Source: Saccostrea cucullata (Eukaryota). From it: a stretch of 64,000 bases of DNA. Under the pieces are notes generated by a model, which was given only the letters and a program-made list of their open reading frames with translations, did no database searches and was not told the DNA's origin. The translations under genes and the position numbers were made by a program. The stretch is taken from positions 372,001 through 436,000 of the forward strand of contig NW_026933409.1 in assembly GCF_032062105.1 (NCBI RefSeq). The letters are read 5' to 3'. Positions 49,846-62,163 of the stretch are shown piece by piece (within the stretch, counting starts at the first letter, position 1; each line of letters opens with the position of its first letter).

Positions 49846-50099
49846 ACTGCGTCTTTTCCAAGTTTTGGATTTCCCTGTTTTGTATTGTTTTATGGATTTT
49901 TGCCTTGAAAACTGTTCGTTGTCTCCATATGTTTTATTTCAATAATAAACTTTAATGATTATTCTTCTATCAATATGTTTGACACATACATATTTCTATA
50001 CACTGCAGTATGTTGTCGTTCTGTCTGATAACTTCTGTTGATTCATGAAGAAAAACATAATACTTAGCCTGAGATTTTTTTTAAAATTTATTTTTTATC

Positions 50100-53000
50100 T
50101 CACCATTGTACAATATAATAACTGTCGGCATTTTCTCTGGTTTTTCCTACTTCAGATCTCAACTCGAATATCTGCGGTCCGTGGCCACAAATTTGAGCAG
50201 CCATCTAAAAACAAAACAAAAAATGCCTGGTTAGGATCAGATTGTGATGTATCGATAACAAACGACATTAAATTAGACATAAACCTTTATTAATGATAGT
50301 TAAACTTAATGAATAGGCATGACTGATATGGTGTTGGAAGAGACCCTAGACCCGTTCTGTTGGAGTTGTATAAGGAATTTTGGCGAGCACTCGCGAACGT
50401 TTGTTCTGTTGAATAGTCCTCTGGAACGACTTTAAAGTTTATGCACAAAGTACATGTAGGCAATATCGTTTTTTGTTAAACCTTTTAAAATGTTTCCAAG
50501 ACCAAAAAATCTAGTTTTTTAATGTTTTACCGAGCGGTCCAAAATATTCAAAATTGGATCGCTTGATGAGGTGTTGGACCCTTATTATGGACGAGATCAG
50601 ATATACCTGTGCATCATGTATCTATTCTGCATTAATTTTGCTGATGCTCGACAGTTACCGAGATGACCAAGATTAAGATGCATTACTGGATTTACATAAT
50701 TTTCCCTCATCTTAATTGCAAACATATACAGATACCTTAAGATTATGATAAAAAAAAATAAGAAAAAAATGGCTGGTTGTTCTGGAAGAATGCAGTTTTT
50801 CTAGCTGGAACGACACTGCCATAATAAATAAACTATAGTTTACCATTGTTAACTATTGTATAAAAGTAACAACTTTGAAACTTTTATTTACTAATTTGAA
50901 AACTTTACAATTTTGATTTATTTATAGTGAAAACTTTGGATCATTGATTAGCTATTGTAAAAACTTTGACACTTTGATTAACTATATAGTAAACTATTGT
51001 TAACTTTTGTGTTTGTTTTTAGGATGTTGCCATCGACATGACAGCCTTAAAAAAACTTTTCATTTTTGGGTCCGACAAAAAATCATGTTGCCCTAAAACC
51101 CCGTCAATGGGAAGCACAAAAATATCAAACAAAAATTGTTAAAATGTATTTAAAAAATTCAATTATAGTTATTTATGTTTAATGTAATGTGTTTGACTTG
51201 TCTCAGAAATCAGTTTATAAAGAAAAACCTTTTTTGAAATTTTGGAAATAAAAAAAATACTCACCTGGAATCCCTCCGCCGTGCATTTGATAAACACCCC
51301 TGATAGGGCGGTGCCGTCTGTTGCGTATTGTCCGAAAAGGAAAGTAGAAATAGGTGTGAATTTAGGGATTCTATTGCAGTTCTGCATCACCTACGAGCGT
51401 AAAATCAATGGTGCAGAATTAAATAGATATAGAACTTTTTAGAATTAAAACAACAAGAAGGGAACATCCCGTTGCAAAAGACATCGATAAATCAAGGCAG
51501 CATTTGCATCTATAGCTATGCAATTTAAGTCACTTCCAGCATACAAACCTACGGACAAACTTACCATCCCATCCCCACATACAAGCGTATCACTATATTC
51601 CCTCCAACTCCGTTGTGGTAATTATCTTAGGACAAATCTTTTAACTGAATTCTCTTGTCATAGACTTTTAAATTGTATGACTTTTTTCTCACCCCTTTTA
51701 ACATTTATATTTTTTATTTCAAAGATTATCATTTATCAGGATTGACTAGAAAACTATGTGATAAGGTGATATTTATTAGGGAGCTGCTTTACGTTTTGTC
51801 CTTGTGTCCACATTTTAGGCGGTTCGGCTCCACACGTGGCCAGTAACAATGCTTCTGATTGGCTGTTTGTTAGGTCGGTACACCTCCCTGCATCAGAACT
51901 CACCAAAGGTTTTCCGATGGCCAGCGAACGAACAAACAGTAAATGATCACAAGAATTGGCTGAAATATTTACAGATAATTGTAACGTTTCCTTAATTTTA
52001 AATCTGCATTATATAAATATACAGTGTAAAACTAGCCATACATCCAGGGAGAAAGATGAGGATACTACATGTATAGATCGAGTTTTAATTTTCACAGAAT
52101 CATTTAGATAGATAAAATAAAAGCAATTACATGTAGCTTACAAATTTTTACGATCAAATATATTTTTAGAACATAAAATGACATGTATATTACTGGCGAA
52201 TACTTCACTATCAAACTTGTATTTATGTTCAAAAAAACTTATAAAATATTTGTTTTTCATATGCAAATACTAAGTGTACCTCATTCACACAAGTAACTTT
52301 TAATTGCACTCTGATATAAGGATAATATTCAAAAATGTTGCAAAACAACGTTGACTATTTCTCTCAAACGATATAGGAATGTTTTACTCGTTGCCTAGTA
52401 ATGCTTTGGCATCCCTACAATTAAGGTTCATCTCATCTCCGGTTGCCTAAATTTTACGATACCATTTTGCGAAGTCGGTTTACAAATATGAATACAAAAA
52501 TAGGTTTACAAAAAGGGGACGCAATTTGTACCCATGGGAATTCCAAACGATTGTTGGAAGACCTGGTTTCCAAAAACCACATATTTGTCAATCAGAAATT
52601 CAAACACCTTTTTAAATATCAACATCAGAGTACTTGTGTGTAATTTAATAGGTAATAAGATTTTTTTTACTAATGAAAATAAGTTTTCTTTAACTCTCAC
52701 TTGAATCAATAAGCAAGAGAATGCAATTAAAAAACAATGTGATGAAACAACTGTATAAAAAGTCTCGTTTAAATTCATGATGCAATTTTTATTGTCGATA
52801 CAAAGACATTGTCAGCAAAAGCTTCCTATTATTGAGTCAATTGCTGGCTGACGTTTTTATACTCATTGTTAGGTCATTATTTACACATAAAATTGTTCAT
52901 GGAGTTTTCTGTTTTTTCCCAATGATGACAAGGAGCATGGGATGTTCACGTCACTTCTCCATGACATTTGATCCTACCTCTGATGTTTTTAATAGGACGG

Positions 53001-56000
53001 TGTTTGATCTACACCAGATTTGTTTTGTTTTAATAGATTTTGAGCTTGTTATACTGTTCTATATCTCTATAATACAAATGTGTTGATATATCAATTAAAA
53101 AGCTGGCTAATTTACAAAAATGCTTTAAAAATGTTGGCGTAACGTTTAAAATATCCTCAATGTACCATATAGACAACATGCATGTGGCATTGTGGGTACT
53201 CACAAATATTTAACATAATTGGCCGAGATGTGGTAGATGGTGCCACTGTAGTTGTAGTTGGTTTAATGGTGGTTGTGGTGGTAGGGGTGGTAACTTTATG
53301 GGTGGGGTGTGTGGTGTGCGCGGTTGTGGGATGAGTCGATACTGCATGTGGTAACCTTAACAAAACTGCACACCAAAACAAGTAAAATGTTAAAAAGCAA
53401 ATGATAATAATAAAAAAAACAAACAAATAAAACGACACATTACTCTCAGAAAGGCTTGTTTTTGGATTGTTATTTGTAGAAGAAAAGAAACATATAAAAT
53501 TCTAAATTATAAACACTTGAAAAGTTGTTTCGATAATGGATCTGTCTCTTTTATTCAAGAAGTTCCATATTTAAAAAAAAAAAAAGAACCAATTCTAAAA
53601 ACGTTAATCAAACTAAGTTTTAATGTAAGATAATTTTGGAGGGATTTGTATTGACCGGGTGCATTCTTTTTTTTTGCCATTTTTTAAATCAATGATTCAA
53701 ATAAAATGTTGGGAATATATATTTCTAATTCTCAATAAATAAATCTAATATTTATATGTTCATTTATCAAATAATGCTTATTTTAATTAATGTATTTGAA
53801 TATACAATGATTAAACCTATAAGAATGGAACACTGAAGCAAGAAAACTATTTCCCTCCTTTTTGTTTAATTTGGAGTATGTTTAGCATAGTTTTTCCCCT
53901 GATTGAAAATATGTAGAATTACATAATGTTAATATCTGTAGGCAAATGAAAATATGCAAAATATGTTAAATTGAACTATGGTAGTTTTCCTATATGGAAC
54001 TTACTTTCTATGTGCCAGAGCAACTGTGACAAACAGATAATGTTCATGTGTTCAGTCATTTCCCGTTCGATCTTTTCAACTGAAAGGAATCCCAAAATAC
54101 AACGATATTCACTGAGTTCAAAATAAACGTTATAGACAGTAAAAGATACAATATAACCAAATAAGTCGTCGTCATCGAAGAAGGACTTTACCCTAGATAC
54201 ATGTGTACCGTTTGAACAATTACGTAGTTAAATGCAACAAAATCTGTTGTCTTGATTATGCCTCTCTTTCAACAATTAGATATGGAAACAACGAAATGTT
54301 TTATCGTACATACAGTGTAAGTACGAAAAGTTGACGATAGGAAAGATTTGCTGATAGGATAAAGCCTTTTTCTTGTTAAACATCCAAACACGAAAGAGAT
54401 GTTTTGCTTCCAGGTTATATTATTTCAATGGATATTTAAGCTGAATGAATGTTGGCTGTCTCCATAATTCATCTGATTTTTCCCTTATTTCCCGATCATG
54501 ACAAGGAGCACACGACGGGTGTGACCGGTCAGCAGGGGATGCTCACTTCTCCATGGCACCTGACCCTATATTTGATGAGCATTGTTCTGCTCTAATTTTG
54601 TATTGTAAATTTGGCTTTTGTTGAATACTGTTCGAATTCGTTATCTCATGTAAGTCATCCACCCATTTAAGAATGTCTATCTTTAACTATCGGATTATAT
54701 TTCATCTAACCAGTTAAGTATTCTTACGATAAAGTCCTTTGTAATAGGATTGTATTTTATCCAACCATCCACCAATTTTAGATTATTTAGTATAATGTCC
54801 TTTACCATTTGATTACCTTTAACCCATCCATTTAAAAATACCTACTTTCATCCTCTATGTGATGATGGTGTTCTACAAAAAGATGATGAGACACGTACTA
54901 AACTTCAATCAGAGAAAAAAGGTATTCCAGTTCATTGAATAAATTTGGATATGACCGCCGAAATATTGCCGGCTCGGCGTAAAAATAAACAATAATCTGT
55001 TCATTGCATGGGAAAGCGAAGTGAGACTTACCATGATGCGGTGCCCTTAGTTCTCGATCTATATTAGTCTCTAAAATTAAAAAAATCAGTTAAAGGTAGA
55101 TTCATTTGTTATTCATATCGGCAAAGATTGTCATCATTTTGGTATTTTTTAAAGTACCTGCATCTAAAATTTACATTTATCTAAATTCTTGCTTTTTTCA
55201 TAAAATTGGCTAATTTCTTCCTAAAATTTATTCCCCTCTCAGAAAACAAGGATATTTGTTTCGAAGACAGATAATTCTGATAAGAAATATTCATCATATT
55301 TCCCCAATATGAATCAAAATAAAATATCTTAGAACAATGCTCTTAAAAAGACAGGGGGTCAAATTAACAGAAAGATATAACTAATTTTTTTTATCTTAAG
55401 CTGTCAACTATCATTCGCAAAGAAAAAATTCATACGTTTAAGTTTTAAATTTTATAAATTTTGTATATCTTTATATGGAGGTCTTCTCCTAAAAGAATTC
55501 AATATTGTCTGAAAATGTTCATAACCACCCAGTCATCTTTAAACAATTCTTTACTGGATTTTTAAAAGATTTTGGCTTTCTACTTGAAAGTTTTTTCCGG
55601 CAAATTCCATGATCGACATAATAACCTCGTCAGACACTCATGAAACCAAATTATTAGGCCATAATTTTCACACTGAATCGTCTACATTTTTTTCGTTTGC
55701 CCAGACATGATAGAGCACACACAAGGCGGGTTTATCCGGTCGACAGGCGATGCCTGTATTCCACTTCTCATATTTTCCTAGCTGCAGATCTCAGTGTAGC
55801 TCTACAACCGTTCTGTCAATATAGCTACAGATCAGCAGCTTATATTTTTCGAGTCTTGTGTTTGATCTGCACGGTCAACCAATACTTTTTATTGTGTTTA
55901 ACGAACATTTGAGCTGAAAATTTGTTCGATATGTCTTCAAATTTTTGTTTTGTTTTGATAGTTAACAACCCTTTCGAGAATTCTTCACTCATGTGGAGAC

Positions 56001-59000
56001 GCCAGCACGTGCCGGTGGAGAGCTGTTAATTTTGTCCTGTACTCGACATTTAGGGCCATTGAGCAGGGAGGGATCTTTTTCGTGCAAGCACCTTCTGCGA
56101 CACGAAGCATTGGTTTACTGTTCTCGTCCGAAGGATGTGTTCTAGAAATTGCTTATTTCTTAACCTCTTTTGGTAAAAAAATATGTGAGTTTGTGTTCTA
56201 GAAATTGTTTATTTATTTACCTCTTTTTATAAAAGAAAAAAGAATTTATGTGAGTTTGTGTCCTAGAAATTGTTTATTTCTCAAACTCTTTTGTCAAAAA
56301 AAAAAGAATTTGTAGGAGTTTGTGTTCTAGAAATTGTTTATTTACCTCTGTTGGCGAGAAAAGAATTTATGTGAGTTTGTGTTCTAGAAATAAATTTCTT
56401 TGCCTCTTTTGGTAAAAAAAGAAGAATTTGTGTGAGGTTTGTGTTCTAGAAGTTGTTTATTTCATTACCTCTTTTTGTATAAAGAAGCATTTGTGTGAAA
56501 TTGTGTTCTAAAAATTGTGTATTTCATTACCTCTATTTGTATAAAGAAGAATTTGTGTGAGTTTGTGTTCTAGAAATTGTTGATTTCTTTACCTCTTTTG
56601 GTTTGTGTGGGTTTGTGTTCTAGAAAATGTTGATTTCTTTACTTCTTTTGGTTCATGTGGGTTTTTGTTCTAGAAATTGTTGATTTCTTTACATCTTTTG
56701 GTTCATGTGGGTTTGTGTTCTAGAAATTGTTAATTTCTTTACCTCTTTTCCCAATAACAGGCTGTGGTTGATGGTGATGTCTAAAGTCATAAAGCAGCAT
56801 GTCTGTGTAGATTTGCTTGACAACTAAAATAATAAAAGTTCGATGTCAACAATTCATCATGAAGGCCTTTAATACAAGTTGTGCATGTACAAACATACAT
56901 ATCCATTTAACATTACAAAATACATTATTACAGAGGCGCTGAGACATCATTTATAAGTTCATGGTTTTAAAAATGAATATATCTCAATTATTTCTCATTT
57001 TACTATACAATTATATAATTATATTGAACACAGCAATTTTTCCTATCTTCTCAAAATCTTTTTGAAGAATAATACAAGCGGTTTTTGATGCAACACATTT
57101 GATTTCCTATGAATTTCGTTTCACAGGTAGACGTCTCGTGCTTCATTATCTTGCGATTTATTTATTTTCAGAAAAATTGAGTAAGGAATAAACTCTTTTA
57201 ACACTAAATCAAAACATTTTTTTATAAAAACTATATTTACGAACATTATCTCCATTTAAAAACATACCAGACACATTTCATAAATACTCTCCTTCTTTTA
57301 AGGGATGCTTTTGTTTTTCAAAATTCATTAATATAAAATATCAATACTTACTATATAAACTGCTTGGTTCATTTGATGACACAAACTCACTCAACTTGTG
57401 GTAAATTTCTTTCAGGGGAAAATGAAAATAAATTTTAATATTATTATTATAAATGACAAAGCAAATCCAATGTACATGTTCTCTTTTTTGTAAAAAATGA
57501 ATTCAAATTTTGTAGAAATTTTTTTTTTCCGAAACGTATTTTTATTATATTTTTTTAAACATAAGAAAATTAGTGTTCTTATCTTACATAGAAAGAAATG
57601 AAAAAGAAACAAAAATGCAAGAAAATCATTATCCATCCAAATGCATGAAGGTTATCAAAATTTGTATAATACTTCGTAAGGTTATAGATGAACAGAAAGA
57701 GCATATGTATGGCACGCCAAATTCACAAAAATGAGATAAACCTAGTTTCACATTTGATAAACTAGGTTTATCGACTGTAAACTATAGTTTACAAACCGTA
57801 AACTATAGTTAACGATTCGTTAAGTATAGTTAACGATTCGTTAAGTATAGTTTTCATCTCTAAAACTATATTTAACGGTTGTTAACTATAGTTTACGAAT
57901 GTTAATTTAAGTTTATCTGTCTGTAATAAAGCGTTAACAATAGATTTTGTTGATAAACATAGATTCACGTTTGTAAACTATAGTTTACAATCAAAAAACT
58001 ATAGTTCAGAGTTGTTAATCATAGTTTCACAAATTGTGAAATCTATATTTATCAGATCGTTAACTATAGTTAACGGTTTGTAAATTATAGTTTACAAATC
58101 GTGAAACTGTATTTATCAGATAATCTATGTTTTGCAATCGCAAATGATTGTTTTCGGTGTTAAGTATAGTTTAAGGTTGTGAAACATAGATTATCGCGTT
58201 AACTATAGTTTACAGATGTGAAATATAGATTAACGTTGTTAACTATAGTTTACGGTTTGTAAACTATAGTTTACTCTCTCTCTCTCTCTCTCTATCGATT
58301 GTGAAACTATGATTATCTCATTTTTGTGAATTTGGCGTGCCATACATATGAATGTGTTTTCAAAAGATTAGAGAGTAGCATAACATTGCTGGTCATTTGA
58401 AATCTTTTTAGCTCTTGCTCATTTCTCATAGCATATAAATCGTAATTAATAAATGTAAAATTAAACAGATTTCACAATTAATTGCATGTCGCACAGGGTT
58501 CAAAATCTTCAGAATTTTATAAAAAGTACTTATCTTCATTCTAATATTATAGATCAAAAACTTTTCTGCAGGTGTTAATTCTTTGCTTATTCATAGTATA
58601 AAAGCGATAATAGAATGGATTAAATAGTACAATTCTAGAACACAAATTTTGATAAATGGATACATTTTTCACTTAAAAAGAACTGGTTGGTTGTTTCTTA
58701 TATCAAATAATGTTCTAAATAGTTTCGAAAATGTGTGTAAAAACCCTGTATATAAGTATGCAAAATAAATGATTATTATGTTTTACATCGCACATTCTCT
58801 TGAACAATTTCATGAATTTAGCGCAGATGTTTATGTAATATAAGTAGAAATTTTTTATCAAAATCTCTCTTTAAAACGTTTTGAATTTTCACTAGTACCA
58901 TAAGTCAGCACAGTACATAGACTCACCACGTCTTTTATGAGGGTCGTCACACGATTCCGCCGACGCGAAACCTGTAATAATTATTCTTAGAAAATGAAGC

Positions 59001-59946
59001 CATAAAAACACTGGTGTATAACGTTATAATACTATGTGCAATTTATTTTTAACCTTGAGGTACTATACATTAATTTTATGTGTACATTGTAATTGCAGAA
59101 GCATGAACATGATACACTGTCCTTGGTTATGGATCTTGAGGGTTTTTTTCCCTGATCATTCCTCTTTTCATTATATTTGAGAAAAATATTGTCTATCAAG
59201 TCTTTTGATAACATTGAAGGATTATTTAGGCTGACGTGATATAAAGTAATAATAACTTATCTCTCTCTCTCTCTCTCTTAAAAGAATATTACATTCAAGT
59301 GTAAGGTTATTCAACAAGTAATATTTAAATTTAAGAATGACACGTGTTGTACAGTAATTCCAAGGTCATTTAAAGAATAGACATCTACATTATTGGATAA
59401 AAGACGTTCTTAAAGGAAAAACTGCCCACACAGTTGTATATTTATCGGTCACAAGGTTTTTATAACCTTTTAATGAATATGACTCCGCTAAGCCATGATA
59501 GCGCATGATATATGTACCATATTGTCTAAAGCAAGCACTCGGCATGCAATTTTCAAAATCAAAAAAAGTTGACAAAAATACACATAATTAACGATTTTGT
59601 TGCACCCCTAGAAAAACAAAGATGGTATTCGCTATATTAAAATAAAATTAAAAAAAAAATCTCTGCGTCAAAACATTTTTTGGAATAAATTTATATTTCC
59701 AATAAATTTCGAATCAATTGCTACAATATTTGACTAAATGAGATACAAATTTGAAAAGAATTTCCATCGTTTCTTAAGAGTAACAGACACTCTTAATTAA
59801 AAGATGCATTTCATCAACTATATCCTTCTTTGAAAGATCATATGAGGAGGGAAGTCTTATGGTTGGTAAAAAGAGCAGGAAATCGCATATACGTTACCAT
59901 TATTTAGAGAAAGAGAAAAAACAAGAAATATTAGGAGTGTCCTCAT
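50100..59946 (-). CDS. Secreted 310-aa protein: signal peptide, His-rich region, Thr/Pro stalk, C-terminal Tae2/Tae3/Dae2-like (BPSL0067, NlpC/P60-related) amidase domain. Exons 59898-59946, 58927-58971, 57352-57408, 56743-56823, 55032-55070, 54846-54872, 54005-54079, 53204-53365, 51793-51959, 51265-51390, 50100-50204
   Basis: All 11 exons have AG/GT boundaries with consistent phases (933 nt, no internal stop). MRTLLIFLVFSLSLNNGFASA signal peptide. C-terminal WTQGQNVMQNCNRIPKFTPISTFL..GVFIKCTAEGF..Q..NADSYYIV matches the recalled Dae2 pattern WVRGKHVRSNCGSIPRWTAIATFL..HAAIFESCASDGIWVYDQW..NGDNFYTI. Confidence 0.8.
52490..53070. mobile_element. PLE fragments in an intron (- 52490-52630 motif B; + 52750-53070 3' end)
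   Basis: FEFLIDKYVVFGNQVFQQSFGIPMGTNCVP on the minus strand; 3' UTR remnant on the plus strand. Confidence 0.72.
54470..54650 (+). mobile_element. PLE 3' UTR fragment
   Basis: cccgatcatgacaaggagcacacgacgggtgtgaccggtcagcaggggatgctcacttctccatggcacctga. Confidence 0.75.
55960..56135 (-). mobile_element. Bivalve SINE fragment
   Basis: tcgagaatt..cactcatgtggagacg..gccggtg..gagcagggagggatcttt.tcgtgc..tcgtccgaagga is a widespread oyster SINE core, as recalled. A matching 3'-end remnant lies at about 54950-54995. Confidence 0.6.
56136..56752. repeat. Intronic tandem repeat, about 11 units of 50-60 bp (tttgtgttctagaaattgttgatttctttacctcttttgg)
   Basis: Direct visual periodicity; the unit contains the end of exon 56743-56823 and its donor site. 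Confidence 0.9.
57708..58344. mobile_element. Foldback-like MITE with internal aactatagtt repeats
   Basis: Perfect TIR of about 31 bp, tatggcacgccaaattcacaaaaatgagata / tatctcatttttgtgaatttggcgtgccata, flanked by catatg on both sides. Confidence 0.85.
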
Positions 59947-61060
59947 GTTGACGTCCGATCCTCCTGCTAAAGGCCGAAAACTCTCGACCATAGAATATCG
60001 AAAACCCAAGGTCAGAGATAATACAGAAATCTGGAGGTCAGATAAACCTTTAAAGTACTAAAGGACCAGTTGTTAGTTGTAATTTTCTGTCACATTCGTG
60101 AATCCTTTGATATAAAAAACAACAACAAAAGAAAACTAACTTATTTGTTTGATGGATACTGATTTCAATTTACTTATTTAATACCGATAATTCTTTTCAA
60201 TATATAAATATGATATCATATACCAATACTGCGGAAAACAATCAAAACAAAACCATGTCTGCTAAAAAGCTTTCCAAAAAAAAAAAAAAAAATAAAAATA
60301 AATAAATAAATTTATTATTCCTGCGCATGCTTTTCACGTTGTTAAGGTATTCAATGTATAATGAAGGAATTTTTAACGATTTCAAATAGTTTTAAAGTAG
60401 TTAAAAACACATTGCTAGATAACGATAAAAAAAGAAATAGACCAAATTCACAAGAATGATAGCATGTAAGGAGACAGTCATTTTGCACGTTAAAAGTTTT
60501 CGAAAAGTGATATGCCCTTGATGAAAAGAAGAAAATTTTTGATTTCCCAAAATTTCTGCAGTAAATAGATTATTTTATTTCAAAGTTTTAGAAAGTGAGT
60601 TTATGCAAATTTTTCCCAAGAGATTTGTTTGTGAGTCAAATTAATTTTTAAAATATCTGATAAAAACATGCACTGCCCTTAGACTTCAATGTAAAATTCA
60701 AGGAGCAATTAACCAAAATTTTGTAAATTCCTTTGTCGAGCATTTGTATTTAATAACTTCTTCAAAATGCTACCATGATTAAATATATCGTATCATTCAT
60801 TTACTAGGTACAGAATATGGTCGTTATACATTGAATACCTGCATACCTTGATTTTTGTTTGTTAAGCTTTGTCTACACAAGATAATTAACTTTTTTGTCA
60901 ATTTTGTTTCTGTAATGAAATCGGTGAAAAGCTAATATTACATGTAAACTAGAGAACTGAGTAATCAATTCAAGTGTGATGGAATTTTTTTCAATTTATC
61001 GAAATTGATGAAGTTAAAATCTTTTGTTTTATCATGGAAACACATACATTATCCCTTATA

Positions 61061-62163
61061 CGAGAGTTGTTCGAAAAGTTCGTGGACAACTGTCATATCT
61101 TTCTTATTTGACGTCATATGTTATCCAAATTTGGTAGAAATATTTTTACAATAAATCCAAATTAATCATTTGTATTAAATTTTTCCAAAATATTACGATT
61201 TATTCAAAACTTACCCAGATTTTAAAAATGCAAAAATCGGATCACGGAGCAGGTCAAAATTTAGTGATTTACAGACAATACGCTATACTGTATAATGTCT
61301 GTAGTCATAGTCATATTCTCTGCAAAATGGAGCAAGAACGAGAAACAACTTAAAAATTCAAATTTAGAATTGTTACATTGATTCGTGTACCAAATTATGA
61401 TTTATATTTTGCTTTGTTGAAAAGAAATCATTTTGAGAAGATAGGTAGTCCTTATTGAAAGCGACAAAAAACGATGACGTTTTAGAACGTCATGGAGCAG
61501 CAGATAACGATGCAATTTTGTGTTTTACTCAGGAAAAACCCTGAATAAACTCTAAAAATGTTGGGGGAATCAAGAAAATATGTCACACGGAGTTGTGCAT
61601 GTATGTACAAATAGTACAGGCAGTACTGGAGTGACAGAGACTCTGTATCGGATGAGGACAATTTGTGAAGCGCTACATGTACGGTTTAACTGTAAAAATT
61701 TAAACAAAAACTTTTGAAAGTGGAACGTCAAGGAAAGACATAAGCGCTTCAGTGTTGCGTATCCTGTGAAAGCAGAGTTAAGTAATAAAAGAAATTAAAA
61801 CCACAACAAAGGAAATTATACAAGGAGAGCAATTCTTAAAAAAATATATGTCAGGTATTAGAAAAAGGATTTAATGAGTGGGCATTGGATTATACCGTGT
61901 GACATGTATGGGGATAGTATTTTTTAGAAATTCTTGACGCTATGTTTTGACGTTACTTTGCCGTTAAGTGTGCTTCGCGGGTACAAAACATGTTGATTTT
62001 AAAATGAAGTAAATTGATTTCTGTTAAATCGAATGGAATGAAATTTCACACATCAATAAAACATATATTTACATATTATATTATGCTTATTTTAAATTTC
62101 TAGTGAGTAATACCTGGTATAACGAAGATTGACATCGTCCAAGAACTTTTCGAACAACCCACG
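61061..62163 (+). mobile_element. Deleted mariner element with a transposase HTH remnant
   Basis: TA-flanked TIRs cgagagttgttcgaaaagttcgtggac / gtccaagaacttttcgaacaacccacg; remnant MEQQITMQFCVLLRKNPE*TLKML..VYK at about 61490-61660. Confidence 0.75.

Noticed and set aside
56136-56752. CRISPR-like array
   Set aside because: Eukaryotic intronic tandem repeat with degenerate units and no unique spacers or cas genes.
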